The notes beneath the pieces are model-generated. The model was not told the origin of the DNA and did no database searches. It saw only the letters and a list, made by a program, of their open reading frames with translations. Below are positions 42,876-56,358 of a stretch of 64,000 nt of DNA, in pieces. The position numbers and the translations under genes are program-made. Every line of letters starts with the position of its first letter. Within the stretch, counting starts at the first letter, position 1. The stretch is from Octopus vulgaris. Taxonomy: Eukaryota. The stretch is from NCBI GenBank assembly GCA_951406725.2, contig OX597828.1, forward strand, positions 8,742,001-8,806,000, read 5' to 3'.

Positions 42876-44091
42876 CTCGTTATGCAATATAATTTCTTGT
42901 GCAAATATAGAGTGGGAATAATTCTGGAGAAGCCAGGCACTGAGTGGAAGAAATCATAATTTGATGATTGGCATGTCTGTTGTTGGAGAGCGTCAAGTTT
43001 TCAGAAGACAATGGAAATGTTTATCTAATCAAAGAAAGCGCTACGCAAGAATACTAATCCCCGGGCCTGCAAGGCTCTCTTTGTTTATTTACATTCTATA
43101 GGTCATAGACACCTGCAAATGTACGTGTCACTTCTCACAAATGAATTTCAACTACGTGTGAGAAATAAATAACAGAAGAAAATCAAGTTTTCTGAGGGGC
43201 AGTGCCTGGTTTTGAATTATATATGTTTATAACTCACTTAGACGAAGAATTCAATTTCAATGTTCATGTATATGCACACAGACTCAGAAACATACACATA
43301 CATATTGAAAACATAGAAACGCACGCTAAAACATAGAGAAACAATCTCGCGCACAAGCATATATATACACAAAAACCGCGCATATATTTGTATATGTTTT
43401 ATATTTATGAAGTGTCATCAAATCGATATATTTCATTCTAAGTTTTGCGAATTTTCAGATTTCAAATCATATACATGATGCGCGCGCGTGTATGTGTGTG
43501 TGTGTGCATTTGTTAAAACAATAGATACTGCATATTACATTAAAATTACAAAACTTGAGTTTTGTAAATATGTCACGTTTAAATACAAATCACCCTATTG
43601 AGCTGATGCGAACAAGTCGAAAAGAATGAAAATTATAAAGGTGAAAAAATGAGAAAAGTGATGGGACGAAATGGAGTATGGTTAGATATTTTACAAAATA
43701 TTCTTGTAATGTGCCCAAGGACACACATTTTTAAAAAATTGCTAATATTTTATAATTTTAATATATAGTGAGCGAAATAAGTTGAATAATTTGGAAGGTA
43801 GTTCAATGTGTTAACTGAAGAAAAACTCATATAAAATGGTTAGCGTGGAATAACTGTAAATAATTGTTATTAGAAATGATTTAGTCAAATTTAGTATAAA
43901 GAGAAAGGACTGATATGAGTGAAATTTTTTAAAAAATATAATAATAAACTCTTATTGTAGATATTAACTCCTTTTTGTATAATTGGGTAAAGAGAAAATA
44001 TACACACTATCACATTATCATACATGTGTGCATATATTCGTATACGTGTATACACATGTGTACATAAATAAAGTTGCAATCCTTCTATATT

Positions 44092-44760
44092 TACAGGGTG
44101 TTCAAGCTAAATATGATGAATTATTTTTGTCTTTTATTCAGGAAATGCTTGATGTAATGATGAACAGTCAACGGTGTTGAGGATCATAAAGATTCAAGCT
44201 GTTGGTGAGAAAAATCGAGGTGGCACAGAGAACTGCAAACCATCTGAATATTGGAAAAAAAGTAACCTATGCATGGTGCGCACCGGGTATTAATAATACA
44301 ACATCATGACTGCTGCTCAGTTCTCTGTGAACAACGTAAAGGCTGGAATACGTGACATGGTCAGCTGTAACGAAACCGAAGCCAGCGTCCAAACACCGGA
44401 GTTTAAATGCACATAATTAATGAAGGCCTAAGGCTCAATTCAGACGACTGCGAAGTTACTGCAGATTATGGTCAAGCCATGGCTGGAAATGGTTGCTGCT
44501 AGAAAGATAGATGTGGTGCAGCATAATTCAATACCTTGCCATACTTCCGGGAAGAGTCATAGATATTTATCGAAGACTTTCTACGATGTCACCAGCCCCA
44601 ATTTCTGGACTCATAATTCGCCCGATTGTAGCCCTGTAGACTTCTGTGTGAGGCCCGTTATTGCGAAAAAACATACCAAACGCAATGCTAGCAACACCAA
44701 AGCTCAGATGGTGACTAAGATCAAGAAGGTTTATAAAAATCCTCTTAGAGACACAGATAT
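44092..44760 (+). mobile_element. DD37D (maT/mori-type) Tc1/mariner relic, internally deleted
   Basis: Starts TACAGGGTG. ORF 44468.. has VKPWLE..QHNSIPCHT..FWTHNSPDCSPVDF, with 37 residues between the mutated second Asp position and the last Asp. Confidence 0.75.
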
Positions 44761-45004
44761 AATGATAATAATAGCAAAGAAGTCAAAATTAATGTTAAAT
44801 ATAACGTCTAACAATAGACACGACAACAATATCACACACGACAAGAACAAGATCACCGCTCGTACGTACACGCACCGACACGCATACAGTCAGTGTTTAT
44901 GCGCTCACACATACTCACACAAACTTCCACAATACTAGGCCATTGGAGCGCGTTAAATAACGCAAAGAGACATTAAGTAAAGTTAAATTCTTGAGTTATC
45001 ACGA

Positions 45005-45200
45005 CTCATAAGGGCCGGTTTCATGGCGTATGAATTCCCCCTGTTGTAGGGGTACTCATTTTTGCCAGCTGAATGGACTGGAGCAACGAGAAATGAAAGG
45101 CTTTACTCAGGAATACAACGCGTCACTGGGTCCAGAAAATCAAACCACAAGTTTAAGATCATGTGTCCATTACCTTAACCACTAAGCCTCGAGCCTACAC
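45005..45200 (-). mobile_element. CORE-like SINE; a short related fragment lies at 5663-5740
   Basis: ctcataagggccggtttc is shared with 5664-5681, and ccagctga.tggactggagcaac with 7855-7875. The tRNA-like head gtgtaggctcgaggcttagtggttaagg is on the minus strand. Confidence 0.65.
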
Positions 45201-45407
45201 TAAAGACACAGACACCTATGTGTATATATTTGAGTGTAAACGTGTGAGTTTTTTTTTTTTTTTAAATATTATAATGTTTTGTCACTAGTCGCGTTATTTC
45301 TCTCGCATATGACCTGTTAAACACAAATGGCAAGTCATAAGTTACGCGATGGAAACCCATAATTTTGATGGGAACATTCTGGCAGTCGTTTCTCATTCAC
45401 TTACTGT

Positions 45408-45565
45408 CTATGTATGTATGTATGTACGTGTGTATGTACGTGTGTATGTATGTGTGTGTATGTATGTATGTATGTATGTATGTATGTATGTATGTATGTA
45501 TGTATGTATCTATCTATCTATCTATCTCTCTATCTATATATCAATATACACACGTATATATATAT

Positions 45566-45639
<74 letters not shown>

Positions 45640-45914
45640 TGAATATATGTATCTATCTCTTTTACATTCTGTCTCACTCTATGTACACATATGTATATAA
45701 ATACCTTCATATATGTGTGTGTATACATACCTACACATACATATATCAATGCTTTCACATATATATTGGCTTTGCACGTATATTACAAAATATTTCAAAG
45801 AGACAAAGACCTTTATTTTCTCTATATCCATTAATTCTGTCTAGGTTTTCGACACAGTTATCGCAGCACACGTACTTATACTAACGCACGCACTGTAAAG
45901 ATATATATACAAAG

Positions 45915-45955
<41 letters not shown>

Positions 45956-45999
45956 TAGAGAGAGACATATATATGTTTAATTATGTATATATACATGTT

Positions 46000-46041
<42 letters not shown>

Positions 46042-46095
46042 CATATATATAGATATACACATATATACACACTTACGTACATATACGTATATATA
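45408..46095. repeat. (TATG)n/(TATC)n/(CA)n/(TA)n/(GA)n microsatellites
   Basis: Directly visible. Confidence 0.95.
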
Positions 46096-47261
46096 TTGAT
46101 ATACTATCTTAGATATATTGGAAAAAGTTTAAACATCTAAGACTTTCGCGATGATATTTATCACGGTCTTCCAGTCTGTGCACAGTTTCATAGCAAAACT
46201 GTATTGCTACTAAGTGAGACTATCTACAAACCTATAGGGAAAACATTCTACCTTGAAAAGTCCATCATCCTTATCGTTTCGCCCCGTTGAGCATTGTTCT
46301 AGAATCCAACAACACTGCAGTTCAAAAAGAAATAACTTCCGCTCAATTCCTGCTGACATCGAATAATGTTTATAATTTGAGATTATTTCACACTTTTATA
46401 TGTAATTAAGTCAGTTACAATTAATTATATATAAATAAATAAATGAGGCGAGTTTTAGTCATGTTTATACATTTTCCCTTTTCAATCCCGGCAAGGAAGT
46501 GTGTGCTTAATATTTTTCATAGATATATTTGGTCATATTATATTCGTCAACATATATGTATCAAAATGTTTTACTATACAATACTACGTATAATATTCAA
46601 GTAATACAATGAAATTAAGTGCAAATATTCTTGTCTTTCATTCGAACCACAAACACCTTTGTATTCCATTGCGACAGTAATTATTTCTCTAACTAAATAT
46701 ATATATGTGTACACATAAGTTTCCTTTTGCGAGATGTTTATAGTTTATGCAGACTTGGTACTGGATATACCACGATTGCGGCGTTTGCTATCGCATAATA
46801 TAACCAGAGGCTAATATCTTCTCTTCTGGAATCCAACGAACATCTAGAAGATGCTCATATCAAATATAGCAGCTCATAATCTTGTTTTAATAGATTCAAC
46901 ATCGGTTGAAAAGAGAACTCGATTTTACTAACGCCACAATAATTACAAATGAATTCTGATTTGTTGTATTGAGAGAAAAGCTGAGTGTTGTAAGCGTTAC
47001 GTGTAATACGTTATTTTTTTTCGATACATTCAGTAAGGTCTTTGTTAAAATTCGAAGGGAAGGATATCGTAGTCTGGGTTACATAGCAACACAAATTGTA
47101 CCACTCATACATAGCAGGATACTTCCTGTTGCATTTTGTAACTTGTAACTTGTAAATAGATCACACCACAATATCGACAATATCACAGTGGGAACTAGTG
47201 TCATGAAGGTTTAACAAAAATGTATCATGAAACAAAACATGAAAATATTATTTGGAGAGGA

Positions 47262-47463
<202 letters not shown>

Positions 47464-47623
47464 TGAGAAATTTGGTGTGTGAAAGCACGTGGTTGAATAT
47501 ATAGAAAATTGTAAAAAGTGAAAAAACTACAGAAGGCTTGTTTTAAAACGTTAAAAAATATATATTTGAGTCAATATGTCTGAAGAATGTTATAAATTTT
47601 TTTCATACAATGACATAATTTAG

Positions 47624-47663
47624 AAGAAATGACCGGTTTCGCGTTCAGCTTTTCAAATTTCTT
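47624..47663 (-). ncRNA. Minimal type I hammerhead motif, U3-A8 core variant
   Basis: AAGAAAU-UUGAAAA-GC ugaac GC-GAA-ACCGGU-C-AUUUCUU. It has a perfect 7-bp stem I, a 2-bp stem II, a palindromic stem III and a GUC triplet. Confidence 0.75.
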
Positions 47664-47839
47664 AAATCGTTATGTTTACATTGAACGGAGATCTAGATAA
47701 GGGGAGGTAATAAGTGATTTCTTCCAGTGTAAGGGAGATAATCGCTTAAAATTATTTGCCTTTCTTTTGGACTGAAAACATAATTTATGTCGTAAAATGC
47801 TTGGGCTGCCACCAAGACTACGTGGGGTCCACGGGACTA

Positions 47840-48035
47840 TCACTCATCGACAACAGATTGCATTCCCAGAATACAAAATGATACCCTTTAGTGAGCACAT
47901 TGAGAAATGCGCAAAGCAACTACTACCACAATTTTTAATCTTTCCATTCTACCAATGTGCTATCGGAACATCAACACAAATTAGACTAAACAAGGAAACA
48001 TTCTTCATTGAAAAATACAAGCCCAAACTTAACCA
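47840..48035 (+). mobile_element. Penelope-like GIY-YIG C-terminal fragment
   Basis: HRQQIAFPEYKMIPFSEHIEKCA..FLIFPFYQC..RLNKETFFIEKYKPKLN parallels HRQQIQKTNVRRIPLSEHIDIW at 18660-18740. Confidence 0.82.
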
Positions 48036-49544
48036 TTCCAACATACTTATATATGGAGATGCTGATATTTTCTTGTACATATGAGAAAGAATCAGTAGAA
48101 AATCATTTTGTCGCTTTTCGTTCTCGCAAGTTCTCATGTAACCTGTTCCCTCTGAAAGCATTCAGACGGCAATTATAGTAAAGTTTGAATCCCTATACTT
48201 ACCCGATAAATTAATCGAGAATACAAGCAACAACCCCTAAAATGTGATACTTGAAAAGCAAGCGAAATTCGAGTGTAAATACGCATATCGGAACAATTGA
48301 TCTCAAACTATATTTTGAACGTGTGTTAGAAAGCAAAGAAAGTAAACATCGTCACACAAGAAAAGAACAAAATCTAAAATCAATAAGGAAATGCAGGATC
48401 TCAGTATCAAAGCAAGGATTATTAACACAAGAATGTGATGTCATTTTAGACAGGTTTTAGAAATATACACCAGTTTGTTACTAAACAAAATAAAAGACGC
48501 ACCACTAAAGACAAACACAGAAAGATTCTCTGACGAAAAGGAAATAAGGAAAACGCGGACACAATGCATATGTTCAGAGATACACAGTTACAGTGAGTAG
48601 AAATGATTCAAGCACAGTCTATTCATTAGAATCCAAGAAATATTTCAACAGATGATTGTATATGCCAGCCAATGCTAAAGAACCGGTGTTGCCCAAGGCA
48701 CAATCCGGGATTGATCCAAACCGCCATGGAAGTCCACCCCGTGTATAACTTCTCCATCCACTTGAATGCCTTTTTCATAGTAAACCATAATTTTACTTGT
48801 ATATTCCTCAATATTCCTCTCATTTACTCACATTTACACACGCTATATGGCTAAATTATTTTAACAGATATATCTACATGGTTCACATGTAATCTACTCG
48901 CATACATGTTTACTGGGTCATTTATTATATATTGAATGTCGTAAAGAAAACATATGCTCACATACCTTAACTTTGACACACATTATATTTGTTATGGTAT
49001 AGGGATCTCCAAGGAACTTTTAGGAAAATGTGAATCTTTCTAAATTCCATTATAAACCACAAAGACGGTGTTTCAGTATTTCACTTGATTTGCTAAATCC
49101 CTAACAACAGGTAACACGTGTAACACAATTTAAGGCCTATGTCATAATTGTGAGGAATGGTCATATTTGGAAGCCGACTCTAAATGGCTGGAACTGAGAG
49201 GATTCTGCTGACTCCAACTACAAGGCAGATGATAGTGTTAATGATAGTGATGGAGTAGACATTCGACCTATGTTTTATCTTAACCCAAATAACTGTGAAG
49301 CTCTTTCATGAATACATTTCTAATTCTAGACACATATTCTAATCCAGCATAGAGAACAGTTATAAATTATAAGACTGAACCCTGTTTATTACAGAAAATA
49401 TTAAAATTAGCGAACCTATGTTTGTAGCTCATTACATTTTAAATTATAAAGAAAATAGTACAGATCTTCAAACTATTTTGGAAAGCTATTCTCAAACTTA
49501 AACATATTTTCCACACAGCATTATCAAGACTGTACATAAGAGTA

Positions 49545-49880
49545 CGCACCGTGCTGGGTGGGTTCTGTCCCGCTGCATGGCACCTTGTGCTCTTATCGCC
49601 TACTGCGGCCCCGGGCCGGCCAAATACTTGTGATTGGATATAGTACACAGAAAGTGAAAGTCTATCACGTGTGTGTATGTGTGTGTGTATGTGTGTATGT
49701 GTGTACGCGTGCGTGTTTGTGTGCGTGTGTCTGTCCAAACGAAAGTGTGCTTATGTATATGCAAGTATGCATGCGATGATATGTGCGTGTCTGCTTCTGT
49801 GTTTATGCTTGATTCCCACCAAGACGGTGCTCCAGCATGGTCGCAGTCGGATGGCTGGCACAACTAAAAGATAAAAGAGA
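49545..49880 (+). mobile_element. Degenerate family-A SINE
   Basis: gggttctgtcccgctgcatggcacctt..cggtgctccagcatggtcgcagtc..aaaagataaaaga. Confidence 0.7.
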
Positions 49881-50279
49881 CAACGAAGATTTCAGAATTT
49901 TTTTTTTAAATACTAATTGGCAAGCATCGGGTTTCTCGTAACCTAGAGACAATTATCTTAGAGCTTGTACATCTAGTATATCAGGGGAATATTTAGCACA
50001 CTTTGCACTTTATAAATCATTTTAACTGTTGTCTACTTTACAAGAATTGATCTTGTATCTTAATTTGTGTCAGTTTCGGGACTTTTCAAAAATTAATGGA
50101 GCTGTATTTTTTACACCATGGCAGCATGCAAAATTGCTTACATACCAACACACATGCAGGCACTAAAACCCACTCACAGGCGTACATAAATACACGTGCG
50201 AACACACATATACGTACATGTGGTATGTTTGTGTGCACATATGTGTATCTCACTGTCTCTTCTCTCGGTCAGCCACTCT

Positions 50280-50309
50280 ATGTGTGTGCGCGTGTGTGTA
50301 TATTTATGC

Positions 50310-50351
<42 letters not shown>

Positions 50352-50492
50352 GTGTGTGTGTGTATGTGTGTATATATATATATGTATTTGTGCATATATA
50401 TATATATGTATATGTGTGTATATATATATGTATATGTGCATATATATATATATATATATATACATATATATATACACATATATATATGTATG

Positions 50493-50552
<60 letters not shown>
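50280..50552. repeat. (TG)n/(TA)n/(GA)n compound microsatellite
   Basis: Directly visible. Confidence 0.95.
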
Positions 50553-50554
<2 letters not shown>

Positions 50555-51996
50555 TACACATTCAGATATATACACATTCAGACGGAGACACACAGACAGA
50601 GATGAAGGTAAACATACTGAGTGAGGTGATTACAGTATAGACAAACGAGAATTGAAATGTAACAGACTGCTTCATTTGAAGAAACGTAGGAGAAACATTG
50701 ATGAAATTTAATTAAATAAAAGCACTAAATTTCTTTTGGATAGAGAATTATGGTTAGCTCTTCCATTTAAGTTTATAGTTAACACACATTTTTAGCCTTA
50801 CTCTGTAAAGTAGATGTAGTTAAGCCATGGTTTTAGTCTTCTTCGGCTACAGCAAGAAGCCATTTCGTTTCATTAGAAATGACGTGGGTGAGAACGGTAG
50901 CTTATCACTTGTTTTCGGTATATATATAGTGGGATAGATATAACGTGATCATCCCTAATTTGCATAGTAATACTGTAAGCATTTGCATATATTATAAATA
51001 GTAATATGCAACTATTGTTACTGTGACCTCAAACGTTGGCAATCCATCACTGATGAATTGTCAAAAGCACTGAAACAAATCACATCGATCTCATTCCAAA
51101 GAAAAACAAATATTTCACTTGTATGTAGTATCTATAGCGAGTTTCAAAATGTGTGTTCATAATGATCATACACTCGTAAATATTTCTTACATCACAATTT
51201 ATTGAAACATTTATAGTGCCACTTTTATCTAACAATACACATACATATACGTTAGTGCAAAGACTCAAACACACATAAAGCTATGAAGTACTAAAGTACG
51301 TAGGTAGACAGACCCATATAAAGATCTCTGAATCCATAAGCGCATACTATATGAAACACGTATGACATAAAGCACGCATATTCAACCTTTATATATATAA
51401 ATCGTTAAGAGTGAATAATTAAGAAAAGAACTGTAAATAAATGTGAGAGAATTATACCACTGCTGAACAATAAAACAAAACGAACTAATTTATGACCTCC
51501 TCAACCAGAATATAAAACCCTTAAACTTTAAGACCCCTAGACACTAATTAGCGTTTTCCATTGCAAAGTTTAATTGACTATAAATTACAGCACTGATTAC
51601 GGACACAGAACTAACATGCGCCATGTTTTCAAAAATGCAATTTTCCATAGCAAAATTAGAGAAGGACGTGTATTTTACCATCTAATATTTTCAGAGCTGA
51701 ATTTATTGAGAAGAAGCTCGAAATATCCAGAATCGTCTTTAATCTACATTAATTATATATGCAACTATATTTGTCTTTTAATAAATTGCTAGTTTATCTC
51801 TATTCATATAAATTCATTTGAAATTTGGTCTATAATTACTGATGAACCGAACATTGTGTATTCCATTGAATCTCTAAATTAGATTGGCTTGGCCAGTGGA
51901 AATATGCCAAACCTTTTTAGAAACTGACTAATTTAGCTATTACCGAAAACAAAACCATTTTATACAACGTTACATATTTTTATTTTATGGTGTATG

Positions 51997-52028
<32 letters not shown>

Positions 52029-52033
52029 CGTGT

Positions 52034-52069
<36 letters not shown>

Positions 52070-52817
52070 GGACAGAGAGAGAGAAAGGTAAATATCCCAC
52101 TCTCTCTCTTTTTCTGTATATTTACACACACAGAAACACATTCACACATACGTATATACACACATACATGCGCACAACAAACATATATACCCGCACATAC
52201 CTATTTGAATACAGTAGCGTGTTCATCTGCGTCATTATATATGCCACCTTCTCTTCTCTCACTCGGTTTTCTATTTTCTACGTTATTTCCTTCTAAGCTC
52301 CATTCTCTCATTCTCTATATCCAACATTCTCTCTCTCATTTCATATGTATACGAAACTATTGCATATCTCATTAGAACGGTTAATGCTAATTTTTAAAAT
52401 CAGCAAGAAACTTACCTAATAGATCTTAAAACATGTATCGCAGTTTCGCTTACCTTCTACCATATCGATTCTTCAATGCTTAGTAAACATTTTCGCCTCG
52501 AATTTAATACGAGCATTGTTACATGTTCATTTGGCCTTGCAGTAACATTGATTCGGGATCAACTCCATTATGTGGGGGTCTTGTCAAAAATGCCGAGTGA
52601 AATTTTTAGACCGAATCCATCAGAGAAGCTCGTTCATCTAGTAATGGTTTGTAACAACATTAATACCTGGTTCTGTTTTGTGTTTTGCCGAGTATTCGAT
52701 TGCAATTCTGTTAATTGGCTGACATGCTACAAAATAAACTTCAACGTTTAATCGAGGAACAGTCAATACAGGTGAAGTGACACTGTTTGGATTACGCTGC
52801 CGTCACATGAATATAAT

Positions 52818-53047
52818 ATTTACTCTTTACTTTATACTCTTTTATTTGTTTCAGTCGTTTGACTGCGGCCATGCTGGAGCACAGGCTTTAATCGAGCAAC
52901 TCGACCCCGGGACTTATTCTTTGTAAGCCCAGTACTTATTCTATCGGTCTATTTTTGCCGAACTGCTAAGTTACAGAGACATAAACACACCAGCATCGGT
53001 TATCAAGCAATGCTAGGGGGACAAACACAGACACACAAACATACACG

Positions 53048-53106
<59 letters not shown>

Positions 53107-53269
53107 GACGGGATTCTTTTCAGTTTCCGCCTACCAAATCCACTCACAAGACTTTGGACGGCCTGAGGCTATAGTAGAAGACACTTGGCCAAGGTGCCAC
53201 GCTGTGGGACTGAACCCGGAATCATGTGGTTGGTAAGCAAGCTACTTACCACACAGCCACTCCTGCGCC
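52818..53269 (-). mobile_element. Full-length family-A tRNA-derived SINE
   Basis: Minus-strand head GGCGCAGGAGTGGCTGTGTGGTAAG (A box) and GGGTTCAGTCCC (B box), an internal (TA)n(TG)n tract and an (AGTAAA)-like repeat tail. Confidence 0.93.
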
Positions 53270-53879
53270 TTGACATATATCTTGGCATATTATGGTCAAG
53301 AGTGTGTATACATATAATCTATGTCAATCGGCCCACATTAAAAGAAAGAAAACGTGAACAGTACCACACACAGTAAAACAATACTAAAGAACCCTATTCA
53401 AGAATATAACTAATTACTTATTCACATAGCTTTTGAAATTTGAAGAGGTTTGTTGTGTAGTTTTTGTTGCTAAGCCCTGAATCATCTGAGTAACCTGAGA
53501 TATTCCAACTGGAAATATCCTGTCTCTCTGTAGGACGGAAAAATATGATTTTAGATAAATCTGCCTACTATTTCATGTATGTGTTTGTTGTGAATATATA
53601 GAGGCTCTTTATTGGTTGTCAAAACAAAGAGAGTAGCATTTCTATCCTTGGAAGGGAATATCATTACTATCCCTGGAAGAGGGTATAAATTCTGCTATAC
53701 ACCAACGCACGACCCATTGTTTACTCTAAGTTTCAACGATGACCATCAACATTCTGTTTAGAATAAGAATATAACACATTATAAATGGTAACTCCAGTGG
53801 CGTCGGGTGCAGTGAAACAGCTACGTGATGGGTCTATATTTTGCAGTACTTCTTCCCTGTTCGGCAATTTTCGCGTTAG

Positions 53880-54951
53880 CTGGGATGAAGGGACAGCGTG
53901 CTTCCGTGAAATGCTCTCTTCTTATGGGGAAACTGCGAGCGAAAGAGTTGCCATGCTTCAAACAGCACACAAGGGCTCTGCCATGAGCAAATTTGAGGTT
54001 TATGAGTGGCCGCTTGAAGACCGACCACGTTGAGGACGTCTGTCGACCTCCTAAACGAATTCCATTACTTGTTTTCAGTCATTTGACTGTCGCCATGCAG
54101 TAGCACGGCCTTTATTCGTAGAAAATCGACTCCAAGACTTATTCTTTGTAAGCTGAATTCTTATTTTATCAGTCTCTTTTGCCGAACCGCCAAGTTACAG
54201 AGACGTAAACACACCAGCATTGGTTGTCAAGCGATGTTGGGGGACAAACACAGACACAAAAACATACACACACACATACACACACACACACACATATATA
54301 TATATACATATATACGAAGGGCGTCTTTCAGTTACCGTCTACCAAATCCACTCACAAGGCTTTGGTCGGCCCGAGGCTATAGTAGAAGACACTTGCGCAA
54401 GGTGCCACGTAGTGGGACTGAACCCGGAACCATGTGGTTTGTAAGCAAGCTACTTACCACACAGCCACTCCTGCGCCCATAAAAATGGAGGGCCGTCACC
54501 AAACAATTGATGAACTTGTTGATATGACTGGTATGTCCGTGAGCTCCTGCCAACGAATTCTGAGCGAGGAATTGCGAATGAAAAGAGTTGCAGTATAATA
54601 TGTACCTCGCTTTCTCAAAGAAAACCAAAAGTAGTCTCGACAGAATGTGTCTCGCGAACTGAAAGTACAGTTGGATACAGATCCGGACCTTTTACCGAAG
54701 ATTATCACTGGTGACAAAATCCGGTGTTATGGAGACTGCAGATGTAGAAGTGGTGAAGACAAATTGTCAAGGGCTTTAAAAGTCATCACTTCTAGAGTTC
54801 CAGCGCTGTTTCGAATTGTGGAAAACGCACTTGGACCGATACATTGCTTCAAACAGAGAATTCTTTGAAAGCGAAAAAAGTGTTAACCTGCAAAACTAAG
54901 TGAATAAAATAGTATTACAAAATTATCATTTCTTTTGGGTACCCCATCGTA
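53880..54951 (+). mobile_element. Decayed, internally deleted mariner element interrupted by a SINE
   Basis: GETASERVAMLQTAHKGSAMSKFEVYEW..LEDRPR*GRLST, then the SINE, then TIDELVDMTGMSVSSCQRILSEELRMKRVAV*YVPRFL..KIITGDK..FQRCFELWK..IASNREFFE. The right end TTTTGGGTACCCCATCG|TA is TIR-like; no left TIR was found. Confidence 0.85.
54064..54478 (-). mobile_element. Full-length family-A SINE inside the mariner
   Basis: Close match to 52830-53269. Confidence 0.93.
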
Positions 54952-55559
54952 TATATACACACACGCTCGTATATACATACACACATATGTATATATAACG
55001 TGAAATATGTTAAAAGTCAAATCTATTATAGCCCCTACACACATGCATACCTATGTATGTAGGCAGATACATATACACACATCTACGCATATGTACACAC
55101 CTCTTCCATCACTTCAGCCACACTGATGTTGATGCCTCTGTGACCTCTAATTCCCCTTTCGTCTACAGGTCATCTCAAAACACATCCATATATACTCCAG
55201 TATTAACTCAATCTCGCCACAATATTTATCACAGACCCATATTTCTTGCCTTCTTATCTTCATGTTATCAACATATTCAGTGAACACAAAGAAATAAACA
55301 CACAGACACAAACACAGGCACATACAATCGTAAACGCATTCGCAGATAAAGATACCTACCACAGAAGGACATAATGTATTAAGTAGGGAAAGAGGAGACA
55401 CATGGGACAAAGTGTCACCCTGAGGACACAGAAGGTGTGATAAAAGAACTTTGACAGATGTGCAAACTAAAAATAATCCGTATATAAACTGAAGCGAAAA
55501 TCAAATAAATAATGCGTATATTTAATTGGCAAAAGATTACGATCCCCAAGAATTCTTGT

Positions 55560-56358
55560 ATTCTTTTATCATTTTACTTCTTTCACTGCGGCCATTCTGG
55601 AGCACTATCTTGAAAGGTTTTTAGTAGAATGAATCGACCCTCAGTACTTATTTCTTTTCTAAAACCTAGTACTTATTCTATCAGGGTTTATTTGCCGAAA
55701 CGTTAAGTTATGGAGACGTAAATACACAAAAATCTGTTGTGGAGTGGTTATGGTGGACAAACACTATCACAAAGATACATATTTATATACTATTCTATGT
55801 TTTTTGAGATGAGGAACTATGTACACTATTTATAATAGATTGATAGATATCCTCACCTTTTTTGCTATTATCACAACGTTTCGGCTGATGTGCTCTCCAC
55901 TTTTAAGAAAATAGGAAATACTAGGTTTATAAGCTCTAACGTTCACTCTATAAATCCATGGGCATATAGCGTAGTGGATAAAAGCGGGGGCTACTAAACC
56001 TCAGATTCTAAGTTCAATTCCAGGCAGGGACTTGAAAAATAATATCAACAGAAAAATAACATCAGCAAAATGCCTTAGAAATGAAACAGTGTGCGACAAA
56101 TAAACAGTTGGGATCGAAATTACACCAGAACACCTCATGTAGGCTGGAGAGCACATCAGCCGAAATGCTGTGATAACAACAATGTGAGGACACTCATCCG
56201 GGCGTCGTTCAGTTTCCGTCTACGAAATCCACTTACAAGGTTTTAGTTGGCCTGAGATTATAGTAGACAACACTTGCCAAAGTTACCACGCACTGGGACT
56301 GAACTCGGACATATATGGTTACGAAGCAAGGTTCTTACTACACAACCATGCTTGCATC
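55560..56358 (-). mobile_element. Older family-A SINE split at its internal microsatellite (halves at about 55560-55790 and 56200-56358)
   Basis: ctgcggccattctggagcac..ttgccgaaacgttaagtta..ggacaaacac on the left, and ttcagtttccgtctac.aaatccact..gggactgaac..cttactacacaaccatg on the right. Confidence 0.8.
55800..56199 (+). mobile_element. tRNA-headed SINE-like element with a hammerhead-like 3' part, preceded by an inverted copy of that 3' part
   Basis: A box TAGCGTAGTGG (55967-55977) and B box GTTCAATTC (56012-56020). 56129-56174 reads AACAC-CTCATGT-A-GGCTG..CAGCC-GAA-ATGC-T-GTGAT. 55870-55899 is the reverse complement of 56145-56174 with intact GAAACGTT. Confidence 0.6.

Noticed and set aside
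51044-51090. CUGAUGA..GAAAC at hammerhead spacing
   Set aside because: Stem II is mismatched and no stem I/III or NUH partner is found on either side.
55960-56032. Functional tRNA gene
   Set aside because: A and B boxes are present, but the acceptor and anticodon stems do not pair well and there is no T-run terminator; treated as a SINE head.
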